Of a stretch of 64,000 nt of DNA, positions 1 through 10,870 are shown piece by piece. The stretch comes from Okamejei kenojei (taxonomy: Eukaryota), in the NCBI GenBank assembly GCA_035221665.1, contig CM069155.1:40858001-40922000 (forward strand). Direction: 5' to 3'. Under the pieces are notes generated by a model. That model did not search any database. It was not told where the DNA came from and saw only the letters and a list, made by a program, of their open reading frames with translations. Both the position numbers and the translations under genes were made by a program. How positions within the stretch are numbered: position 1 is the stretch's first letter; each line of letters starts with the position of its first letter.

Positions 1-215
1 TATCCATGAACCTGTCCAAATGTCTTTTAAATGTAATTGTACCTGCCTCTACAGCTTTCTCTTGCAACTCATTCACCATAGACATTTGGACATACATGGA
101 TAAGGAACGTTCAGAAGGATAAGAATCAAATAGTCACATGGAATTATTTTAGATGGGCATCTTGGTCATTTTGGGTGAGTTGTTCCAAAGAGTCAGTTTC
201 CGTTTTGAGTAACTC
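1..215. mobile_element. Degenerate CR1-like LINE 3'-end fragments in opposite orientations
   Basis: 1-80 resembles the minus-strand CR1 3' region at 28140-28215 (tccatg..tctgtccaaatgtcttttaaa); 80-215 (agacatttggacatacatggataagga...) resembles the same region on plus. Confidence 0.5.
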
Positions 216-929
216 GCCGAATCAATGGAGTAGACTTGAGGAATCAATTGGCCCAACCCTGCTTCTGTTTTTTATTGTTGAACTAAATAACCTAAAGAAC
301 ATTTGAATGCATTTGCTTCGGTATGGTTGGGACTTTGAATATGGTGTTATTCTTGTTAAGCATAAAATTGTGTATTATTTACAAACGACATTATTCCTTT
401 TCCAAAAGATAGGTCCAACATTAAAAGGCTCTCACATGGATGTATATGCCACACAAAATAAACAAGATCTTTATATCATGGCAGGAGGTTTGAAAATGGA
501 CCATAGGCAGCTACACTAAGATTTTACAAAGCGTTGATGGAAAACAGCACCTTGTAAAATGAAAATGTCTTTTAAATTAGGAGCACGTTTTGTTACGAGG
601 TCGTATAATACCATTTGAACTATATAGATAAGACACAACTGTAGATTAAATGAATCTTTATCGAGAATCAGGCCTGGCCTTCGTTACCACTGAATTAGAT
701 ACAGATCTGTGTTCTGCCCTCCCACAGCCTCTAGATATTTAGAAAGGTTTTTCTGCTGGTGCTTGAGGTTCATCATCAGATAATGTTTCATTGCATGCAC
801 TACATTCATTTCCTAAACTTCTGCAATGTGGAAAAACTTCACTGAAAATTAACAAATGAAAATAGAGCATCAAAGCCACGACTCAAAATTGTAAAATTGT
901 CTTAAGGAGGATATTTACAGGGAATGGCG

Positions 930-1088
930 TACATATAGTTCCCCAACACACAAATCAGAGCACCAGGAAACTATGCACTTTCTGGGAGAATGAGAAAATT
1001 CCAGGGACAGCGTGAAAGGTCAGTTTTGAACCCAGGTTGTGAGAGTTGTGGGGCAGCTGCTGTTCTGTTGCACCACTGTGCCACCCCA
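930..1088 (-). mobile_element. tRNA-derived V-SINE/HE1-like 5' fragment
   Basis: Reverse complement begins ggggtggcacagtggtgcaac (A box) and has ctgggttcaaaact (B box); similar to copies at 60930-61218 and 63672-63958. Confidence 0.6.
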
Positions 1089-1469
1089 GCAGACTGATGA
1101 GTTTAGCTTCTCCAAAGTGGAGACTTCAGTCTATCTTCTGCATTTAAGAGGGTGAGATTTCCATGGCCTATGAGTGTGTGCAGAAGCTGGGCGTGGAATA
1201 TTACTGCAGTGACAACTCAACTTCTCATAAGAACGTGATAGAATCTAAATGTTATTTCTTAAATCTACAAATGTGGGGAGTATTTCTGATTTTTTTTTAA
1301 AATGTCCAACTTTTCTCATAATCGTGGATTCTAGGTGTTAAGAGTAGTTCAGAAGCATTCAATATCAAATTTCAATGTTGTACCTCACCCGTTGCCATAT
1401 GTCCCCAATGACATCTTACAGGTACAGCACCTCTTTATTCTCTTGCATTTTGTCAGTCCCTCTCTACTT

Positions 1470-1712
1470 TTATTCATCTCCCATTTAGAACTCCTCCAGA
1501 CAGATCATCTCCGATCAACATGCCCACATCATGTCCTTCATGTGTCCTTCACCCCTTTAGTCTCCAGCCTATTGCAGACCATCCACATTCTCTTTACCTT
1601 TCCCCCTTCTCTGCAACTTCAAATGTTGCACTTCCAACTTTCATGTGCCCTTTTCTCTTGCCACAGATTCTGCCTGACCCGATTAACATTTCCAGCATTT
1701 TCTGTTTATATT
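1470..1712 (+). mobile_element. Highly decayed Penelope-like 3' terminal fragment
   Basis: Pyrimidine-rich tract followed by ctgcctgaccc...tttccagcattttctgt, the terminal motif shared with 6229-6719. Confidence 0.4.
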
Positions 1713-2414
1713 TAAGAAAATTTGTTATAAACATTCATTGCTCAAAGAGGTGTAACAACTACTAAGATAAGAGGCTAAAAACTCGTTGGAATAGACCACT
1801 CCCGTTAGATCAATTTAAGCATCAGAACCAGAGGCAATGAAGACACATCATCATTGCTGTCATTACCCCCCAGAATCATGCCAGAATAATGGAAAAAAAA
1901 ACTCCAGTATCACAGCCTGGCACACTCACAGAATTGCACTTTTCTGATAACATTCCAGACTCTTGTAGCACAGGTCGTAGATGTAACCAATTGCACTAGA
2001 AGATTCAATCACCAGAGCATGCAAGTACAGTGACTCTGGGAGTACTCAAACTCGACCCCGAATCTTCAAAGTCTTGAGACACTGATTGTATATATCCACA
2101 TTAATAATTTTTGAAAGACCATCATATCACCTTTACAGATAAAAGACCCATCTTCAGATTATCCATCATAGCACCACTACTGCGTCAAATGGGATAAATT
2201 CAAAGGCACAAACACTACTGCGTCAGCAATCTGGGATAAACCCTTCTTCAGACCCCTCAAAAGAAGTCAAGGAACACAAACTGAGCGGTCAGAGGTTCTA
2301 ATGGCTACCGGCAGTAGATTTGCCTTTGACCATAACCAATAGCATCATGGGTCTGGCATATCCCATATTATATAATGACCACCAAACCAAGTGACCAACA
2401 CTGGCTCCAAAAAG

Positions 2415-3456
2415 GGATCATGGCTGATCATCCCCAATCAGTACCCCGTTCCTGCCTTCTCCCCATATCCCTTGATTCCACTAGCCCTAAGAGCTCTATC
2501 TAACTCTCTTTTGAATGCATCCAGTGAATTGGCCTCCACTGCATACTGAGGCAGAGAATTCCACATATCTCTGGGTGAAAAAGTTTGTCCGCATCTCAGT
2601 TCTAAATGGCCTACCCTTTATTCTTAAACTGTGGCCCCTGGTTCTGGACTCTCCCAAAAATGGGAACATGTTTCCTGCTTCTAGCCTGACCAATCCCTTA
2701 ATAATTTTATATATTTCTATACGATCCCCTCTCATCCTTCTAAATTCCAGTGAATACACACCCAGTCGTTCCATTCTTTCATCATACGACAGTCCCACCA
2801 TCCCGGGAATTAACCTTGTGAACCTACGCTGCACTCCATCAATAGCAAGAATGTCTTTCCTTAAATTAGGAGACCAAAACTGCACATAATACTCCAGGTG
2901 TGGTCTCCCCAGGTAGTGTGGTAGAGCTGCAGAATGACCTATTTGCTCCTATACTTAAATCCTCTTGTTATGAAGGCCAACATGCCATTGGCTTTCTTTA
3001 CTGCCTGCTATAACTGCATGCTTACTTTCAGTGACTTGATGCACAAGGACACCCTGGTCTTGTTACACTTCTCCTTTTCCTAATCTGACACCATTCAAAT
3101 AATAGTCTGCTTTCTTGTTCTTGCCACCAAAGTGGATAATCTCACATTTATCCACATTATACTGCACCTGCCATGCATCTGCCCACTCATCCAACCTATC
3201 CAAGTCACCCTGCATCCTCTTCACAGTTCACACTGCCACCCAGCTTTGTGTCATCTGCAAATTTGCTAACGTTACTTTTAATTTCTTCATCTAGATAATT
3301 TATATTGTAAATAGCTGTGGTCCCAGCACCGTGCTTTGCGGCACCCCACTAGTCACTGCCTGCCATTCTGAAAGGGACCAGTTAATTCCGACTCTTTGTT
3401 TCCTGTCCGCCAACCAATTTTCTATCCATGTCAATACCTTACCCCCAATACCATGT
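2415..3456 (-). mobile_element. CR1-clade LINE (HER1-like), 5'-truncated RT/3' fragment
   Basis: ORFs 2496-2885 (QFWSP..RKDILAIDGVQRRFTRLIPG..RTRGHSLRI) and 3300-3527 (WIENWLADRKQRVGIN..VTSGVPQSTVLGPQLF); KFADD codons at ~3250-3265; disrupted frames. Confidence 0.93.
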
Positions 3457-3524
3457 TGAAGAGGATCCAGACACTGAATCAAAAAGAGCCAACCTGGTGA
3501 AACTACAAAACTGAAGTAAAAATA

Positions 3525-3650
3525 CAAAGTGATCTTCCAGCAAACACATCAAGCTCTACTTCCTCAGAACTTTGGGGAGATTCAGCACGACACTGAACAA
3601 TATAATTGAATTTCCACAGGTGTACAGTGGAGAGCATACTGACTGGTTTC
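3525..3650 (+). mobile_element. Rex1-like LINE fragment (DUF1891 region)
   Basis: ctctacttcctcaga...acaggtgtacagtggagagcatactgactggt encodes LYFLR...RCTVESILTG. Confidence 0.7.
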
Positions 3651-3699
3651 TGTAAACTGTTCACATTCCCATCATTTCAAACAAATCCCCCCCCCCCCC

Positions 3700-3880
3700 C
3701 CCCAAGATCCTACCACTTCCACATTAAGTGCAATTTAAAGTAACCAATGTTATGCCAAGATGTTTTTGTGAGGCAAGTGGAAATAAGAGCATCCATAGGA
3801 AACCCATAGAAGAATTATAAATACCACTCGAGGTTGGGATTGAATCTGGGTCACTGCAGCAGTTGGCCAAAAGCTCTACT
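3700..3880 (-). mobile_element. Decayed V-SINE-like fragment next to a poly-C tract
   Basis: ggaaataagagcatccataggaaaccca...ggttgggattgaatctgggtcactg matches the minus-strand SINE pattern at 61110-61218. Confidence 0.5.
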
Positions 3881-4735
3881 GGGTTCAATTTATAAGGTCA
3901 GAAGTGGGAATGTTTGGTAACAATTGCATAATGCCCAATTCCATTCATAAATGAAGCTTGCTGCAGCAAGACCTTCCCACATTCTGGCGTGGGCTGAATG
4001 TGGCAAGTAATAACGACCCCAAAAGCGTCGCATGATGACCTTCTCAAAAAGAATCGAACCATCAACCCTGGATATTCAATAGCATCATCAAGTCTCCCAC
4101 AATCAGCATTTTGGGAATACCGATCAGAAGTACAACTTATGGATTATTTAAATAGACAATGACATGAAATGAAGTCCAATATTATAAAGACTTTTCATGT
4201 ACATCATGCCTTGCAAAAATCAATCTTAAACCCTCAGTTTTATGTTTCTTGTACACAATCCCTCATCTAATTTCAGTCCACTTAGAATGAATGTACATAA
4301 AGACTAAATATATATGGTATTAATTAGGTCAGGCAGTATCTAAAGAAAGAGAAAGAGTTAACATTTCAGGTTGAAGATCCTTCATTAGAACTGGGAAGGA
4401 GAGAAAACAACTTGGAGGTAGGAAAGGATAACATGGCTTTAGTTTAGAAAAATGACAAAATAAAGGCAGTTAAGAGTGTGAGCACGCATACAAAGGATTG
4501 TACAATGCAGGACATGCCATCAGGTCAGGTTGTGCCGACGGTAGAAAAACAAAGCCAATATTACCAATAGATGACATAGTCCATTCAGAAAAAAACTAAT
4601 TACTGAAGTTGAAGAACTCAGCTATGTCCGATCTCCCTAGAGCAGAGGTGGTTAAGATTGTACATGTTGACTCTAAATTTTCTAGATCTTTATCAATTAA
4701 TATTCAGTATACTAAGGTGTACTCAGTATACTAAG

Positions 4736-4870
4736 ATTAGTCTGAAGAAGGGTCTTGACCTGAAACTTCACCCATTCCTTCTCTCCAGAAATGCTGCTTG
4801 TCCTGCTGAGTTACTCCAGCATTTTGTGTCTACCTTTGATTTAAACCAGTATCTGCAGTTTTTTCCTACA
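4736..4870 (+). mobile_element. Short Penelope-terminus element with hammerhead-like core
   Basis: gtCTGAAGAagggtcttgacctGAAActtc...ctgagttactccagcattttgtgtc; flanked by cagtatactaag (4724-4735) / cagtacactaag (4871-4882). Confidence 0.8.
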
Positions 4871-4907
4871 CAGTACACTAAGGCAACAACCTTCACATTT
4901 ACAATTT

Positions 4908-4962
4908 TGTATAGGAAGGAACTGCAGATGTTGGTTTAAACTGAACATAGACAGAAAAAGCA
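4908..4962 (-). mobile_element. Inverted copy of the Penelope-terminus 3' end
   Basis: taggaaggaactgcagatgttggtttaaa is the reverse complement of 4840-4868. Confidence 0.7.
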
Positions 4963-6228
4963 TGGTTACGAAAGCTGAATTCTGAAAACATATTTTAATA
5001 TTTAGGAGATTTTCATTTTACAAAAATGGCCATGTTTTGTCACAATTCTATATTGGACAAATATAAACAGGCTGAAAATGGTCCTCAGTATGCCTTCTGC
5101 AACAAGCCTTTGTGATGTTTGGCAATTTTTTTTTGTTGTAACTGGAATCCATCACCAATTCTTTGTTACAAGGTAATGATCATAAATACACAATGTTTAT
5201 CATATTTCTTGTGAAGTTGGCAAGACAAAGCACATTTGATTACTTTTTTTTTTGCAAGAACAATACTCAATTGGATAACAGAACCCCCACCTCTGCATTC
5301 CAGAAGCTCTCACAGTCGGAGTCAGGAATTCTGTTGTGATCTTTGACCAAATTGAAAGTTTTATAGAAAATTATTTTAACCCAACAATTGCAGCTGTTTC
5401 ATGACCCAACAATTGCAGCATGGTTTTAATTTGTCGTCATGGTCAGCACAATCACGGTGGACCAAGAGCATGTTACACTTTTCCGTGTTTACCTACATAT
5501 AATTCCCATTCAGTTTTATTTGAAGTGCTACGTGCAAATGCTATCACCTTCTCCTGACACTCCTTTAAGTTCACATACAAACATCCATGTCCTTGTCGTG
5601 TCAATGATGACTCACTGAAACTATATATTTTCAATTTTGTCTATAACTGGTTGTACAATATTGGCATTCACCTTAAATTTGAAATAGATGGCTTCTGGCG
5701 AGAGACTGTATTTATTTTGTTCAAGTATCAGTCCTTTATGATATAGACATCTAAAGACCTCTTCTAAAAATCAATACCTTTCATTGTCAGGAGTATTGGC
5801 AATGAGGAGGTTGTCCTGACTACAGAGGCAATGGTCTCTACCTTATAGGATCTTGCCCACGGTCAACTGGAACATTATTGGTGATGACATAACACCAAAT
5901 GGTAATTTAGCATTTGAATATAGGCCCTTGCGCACATTTCGTTTATTAATGCCACGTGCACAGAGACTTGGGAATAGCTTTGTTTGCACGTTACCCTGTC
6001 AAATACAAGAATACAATTAATCCATACACAGTACAATAGGTAGTGCAGAGAAAAATATCAGAGTGCAGAATTTACCATTCATTCTGATATTGAATAATTA
6101 TTCTATTGCTGAGTCTCCCATCATCAACATCTTAGAAATTCAACTGGATCAGACACTAAATACCATGGCTACAAGAGGAGGCCAGTGACTAGGTACATTG
6201 TGCCGAGTTACTCACATCCTGATACCGC

Positions 6229-6719
6229 ATGATTTACACCTCCTCCAACCTCATCTACTGTATCCACTGTTCTAGGTGTCAACTTCTCTACATCGGGAAA
6301 CCAACCGTAGGCTTGGCAATCGTTTTGCTGAACACCTCCGCTCAATCCGTCTTAACCTATCTGATCTCCCGGTGGCCCAGTACTTCAACACCCCCTCCCA
6401 TTCCCAATCTGACCTTTCTGGGCCTCCTCCATTGTCAGAGTAAGGCCCAGCGCAGATTTTAGGAACACCACCTCATATTTTGCTTGGGTATTTTATACCC
6501 AGCGGTATGAACATTGACTTCTCTAACTTCAGAAAGCCCTTGCTTTCTCTCTCCTTCCCCCTCCCAGTTCTCCCACTAGTCTGTCTCCGCCTACTGTCTA
6601 TCTTTGTCCCTCCCCTGACACAAGTCTGAAGAAGGATCTTGACCCGAAATGTCGCGCATTCCTTCTCGCCATAGATGCTGCCTCACCCGCTGAGTTACTC
6701 CAGCATTTTGTGTCTACCC
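6229..6719 (+). mobile_element. Penelope-like element 3' fragment: GIY-YIG endonuclease remnant plus terminal repeat with hammerhead core
   Basis: ORF 6229 TSSNLIYCIHCSRCQLLYIG, then after a frameshift RLGNRFAEHLRSI; hammerhead-like core at ~6624-6653. Confidence 0.88.
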
Positions 6720-7289
6720 AGGAAAGTCAAGTATTCCGTCACACTCGGCTTACATATGGCGGTAAAGTTAGCGGTATCAGGAAAGTAACTCATCACAAAT
6801 GTACCCAGTCAATACCTAAACACTTAAAATAGATTAGCACTTTGTACAATATCTGAAACATTCTCAATATCTGAAACAATGGCGGCAGTGCACAACATAT
6901 AGAAATATGACACATTCCTGCAAATTACGTGGGCACCCTTGACAGCACCACCAGAAAGACAGGGTGGCAGGTGCAAAGAAACACAGGTCAGTCTGCAGCA
7001 GCCAGGCTTGGAAATACCCTGCCATCTCTTCATAATCATCAAATCAAAATCCTGCAACTGTTGACTGAACAACACTGTGTATGTTGGTTCACCACAAAGA
7101 CTACAGCAGTTAGCGACTGTGCTAAAGGTCACTCAGTTTGGATTTTAAGAAAATTGTGCACCTTATCACGTTTCCAATATCTTGTGAATGAATAAAAATG
7201 TAATATGGAGTGAAATGTGATTATTAATGAAGCATATTAAGAAAAATAAACCTAAATATTAGTATACATGATAATGCACGGTGACAATC

Positions 7290-7625
7290 AAGCCATACAG
7301 GTACAGGATAATGGTATCATATTTAGTGTGATAATAAAGTCTGAATAAGATAGTTCGAAGGTCTCCCATTAAGTCAATGGAAGAGGGGCTGGTTTGTGTG
7401 AAAGTCTGGGCTACATTCCCAAATCTCTACAATTTCTTATGGTCTTGGATGGAGTTGTTCAGCAATCATGGTGTGGTGCATCCTGATAAAATGCTTTCTA
7501 TGGCGCATCTGTATACGTTGGAGGGGGTTGTTGGGGACATGCCAAACTTTGTTGGCCTTCTAAGGAAGTAGAGGCTTGGTGTGCTTTCTAGGACATTGCT
7601 TTGATGCGGCTGGCCTAGGACAAAT
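7290..7625 (-). mobile_element. Rex1-like LINE fragment
   Basis: ORF 7466-7669 LYFLRRPTKFGMSPTTPSNVYRCAIESILSGC. Confidence 0.75.
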
Positions 7626-8332
7626 TGCTCACATTTATACCTTTTACATATATCAACCATATGAACCAATAGTATGCACCTATTGAGTCATAATTGAGAC
7701 TGATGGAATGACTTGCATCTTCTTGAACTCCACCATCATTCCAACTACTAAGCAAACTATGTGTAGGCGAGACGATTACTGCCTCAAACAAAATGTCACA
7801 AGCTATTCATGTCATCAACTCTTGAGCACGCTTCTGACTACAGGAAAGTGACCCCGACAGGGAAATACATAATCGACCAACCTATTGACCCAGACAACAG
7901 GAAGAGAAAATCAGTAACACCAACAAAAGACAGATTTATTTAATGTTTTTTAGGACCTCAGGATGCCCCAAACAGTCTTTAAATATTCTCGTAACATTGG
8001 AAGTGGAATATGTTTTATATACACTAGGAACTGACCAGTTCACATTTAATTTCTAATGTAAAAGACATACAAACTGCAACCAATAAATCACCTCTAGTTG
8101 TAAACCACTGAAAAACCTCCGGGTGCAGCTTTTAAGCAAGTTGGTGTGAAGCTTTTCTCTAAACGTTGACGGCGAACTATGACTAGTTTGTTTTGGAAAG
8201 TAAACAGCAAATATTGGATTCAGTCTGGATCTAATCTTCAATGTAAACAGAGTCATTCATTTGTTGAAAATAAGTAACTATTTAGTGGTTGACCAGAAGG
8301 GAGACTTCATGAGTTCTCCCACCTGACCCATA

Positions 8333-8736
8333 TGGGCCTTTCCCACTTTAGGCTATTTTAAGGCGACTGTCATAGTCGTAGCAGGTCGCCAAAACATCCG
8401 CGACTGGACCCCCTTCGACATAAAATTTGAAATAGAATAATTATTTTAACAAGAAAGTCAGCACCGGCGACAACCTACTTTAACCTGGCGACAACTACGA
8501 CAGCACGTATGGCAGCAGAAGTCAAGCTACGCTCATTGGCGTCAAACCCACTGTCGCCAACTGTCTCTGAAAAAGTTTCAACATGTTGAAAATCCAGCGG
8601 CGACCAGAAAGACGCTATGACTCTTTGGGCAACTGAGGAGACGACTCACAACTATATATAGGCGACTGCCGGCAACCATGTGGCAACAGCCCAGTTGCCT
8701 AAAAAAAAAAAAAATCGCCTAAGTGGGACAGGCCCA
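8333..8736. mobile_element. Non-autonomous DNA transposon (MITE, ~404 bp; Harbinger-like TIR)
   Basis: Imperfect TIR tgggcctttcccactttaggc / gcctaagtgggacaggccca, TA on both flanks; internal ggcgac/gtcgcc repeats; CpG-rich relative to flanks. Confidence 0.85.
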
Positions 8737-10047
8737 TAATTCTCCATTACAATGCAATCAGATATTTTAACATTTTTTAATCTGGTTAAAATAGAAGCAT
8801 TTTTATCTGTTGATTTGAAGAAGTAATCATCAGTGATATCAGCGTGTGATATGACAGTTCTACTTGAAGCAATCTTGGTTTAGAAAAGAGTTATTAATCA
8901 TTACACTGTGGCTAAAGCTCTATTGTTGCTGATGAGTTATATTCAACCCAAAAGCCAGCTGCAACAGTGTAGCTTTGTCACATTGGCATGTAATAAATTC
9001 ATGGCTTCAATAAGTTTTCTTTCTTCAAGAACAGGACCAAAATGACATAATCTGTGAATAATCCTTGCAGCATGTAAAGTTAGCTTTCTGTTCCTTTCCT
9101 CTGCTATGAATTCAATCTTCAAAGACTTTAAACCAGACCATGAATGAGCAGCAATGTCAGACTTTGTGAATATTTGAATCTTTTAAATATATAAAATAAA
9201 ACCGGCACCATAAATTGACTTGCAATTTTGCCTGGGAAATATGATTAATAACTAAAAGGCAGGATCTTGTCACTGTAATTGTCAGTATTTTATACCCACT
9301 AACAAACTGGAGATTTTGAATGTTAATATTCTGGCTAAATTTCTAACCTACAAAGAATGCCACATTTGTATGCACTTAGATCTTGAAGCAATGTAGAAAA
9401 CATCCAAAAACAAATCTAGTATCACTGAACATCTAATATCACCGCTACCGACCAAACTCTGGCACAGCACTTTTACTCACATGATTATCAGGCCATACAA
9501 CCAAAAGATCAGATCCACAACAGTATCAGCTTGCACATCTCATCAAAAACTTAGTTACGAGTGTAATTAGACAGGTTAATTTGTGCAATTAGTCGTGACC
9601 CACCTAGAATGGTAATTTCAATACTGTGGGAAAGTACTTTTTATCTTGACATACAAATCAATAATTCAGTAGTGTGGGAAAGCATGAAACCGTTTCTCTG
9701 CAACCACGAGACTGACATCCCGCTGATGCTGGTTAATGTGCTCGTAGATCAAACCTGATACAGGTTCATGGTTCACAAATTATGAAAATGCAGTTACTGA
9801 GGTGAGAGCAATAGTTTTGAAAATAAGCACAATTTTGAAGTATAAAATAATTGACTAACTCAGGTTAGCTATAAGATGAAGCTCTCATGCTTAATTTTAA
9901 CGTGAAATTCAGTATTGAAAGATTACTGAAATGAAAAAAGGCAAAAGAGGTCAGAAAAAAATGTTAATTCTGCATAATGAACATAAAAGAACTCCAGTAC
10001 TATAAGCAAGTACATTTGAGAGCTTCTGAAAGTATGCAGTCATATTG

Positions 10048-10870
10048 GTCAAGAGTGTTTTATTGCCACATGGATTGAAACAGAACAATTAAATTCTTAC
10101 AGCAGCAGCACAACAGGTTTTGTAAGTCTGTAGAAGGGTCTTGACTGGAAATGTCACCTATTTGTTTTCTCCAGAGATACTCCAGCATTTTGTGTTTATC
10201 AACAGGCTTTGTAAACACAATACTCGATGGATATGTACAAACAAAAAAAAGTTAAATAAATAGAAAACCTAATATTGTGCAGAAACAAAGTCCAAAGTCC
10301 CGAGAGTAAGCAAGGCAGTTCATAGTTTAGAGTTTAACATCAGTTGTAGCCTGATGTTTGCTGGAAAGAAGTTGTTCATGAACCTGAACCTTGGAGTTTT
10401 CATACCTTCTTCCTAACAGCAAGAGCGAAATGAGAGGGTGGTGTGGTTTGAATCTCCTCAATCTTCTAAGGAAGTAGAGGCAATGATGGTGTTTCTTTCC
10501 GATTGCATCAATGTGCTGGGTCCAGGACAGATCTTCAGAGATATACACTTCAGAGGTCTGAAGAAGGGTTTTGGGTTCTGCCACCATTTAATTGATCTCC
10601 TTCTATACTCTGACTCCCCATTATCCGTAACTCATCCAACAATGGTGGTGTCATCAGCTAATTTAAAGATAGTGTTGGGACTGTGACAGGCATGGGTATA
10701 GAGCAGAGGGCTGAACATACAGCCTTTCAGGTGCCTCTGTGCTGAGGAGGAAATGTTGTCAATTCGTACTGATTGTGTTTTGTTAATGTAAGTCCAGGAT
10801 CCAGTTGCAAAGGGATGTGCAGAGACCCGGTTCCCTGAGCTTGGTGATAGGTTTTGGGGGGAATGATGGT
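10048..10870 (-). mobile_element. Rex1-like LINE remnant (RT C-terminus and 3' tail) with nested insertions
   Basis: ORF 10327-10587 ISEDLSWTQHIDAI..LYFLRRLRRF; KLADDTTIVG (decayed KFADD) at ~10636-10665; tail gtcaagagtgttttattgc at 10048. Confidence 0.78.
10126..10199 (+). mobile_element. Short Penelope-terminus (hammerhead) insertion inside the Rex1 tail
   Basis: gtctgtagaagggtcttgactggaaatgtc...ctccagcattttgtgt; TSD caacagg(t/c)tttgtaa at 10111-10125 and 10200-10214. Confidence 0.8.

Noticed and set aside
1091-1132. CTGATGAG inside a short inverted repeat (hammerhead or C/D snoRNA look-alike)
   Set aside because: No GAAA after a stem II, no terminal D box, too short
2515-2889. Antisense ORFs over CR1/Rex1 copies (also 24190-24603, 44224-44801, 45225-45608)
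   Set aside because: Shadow frames of LINE ORF2
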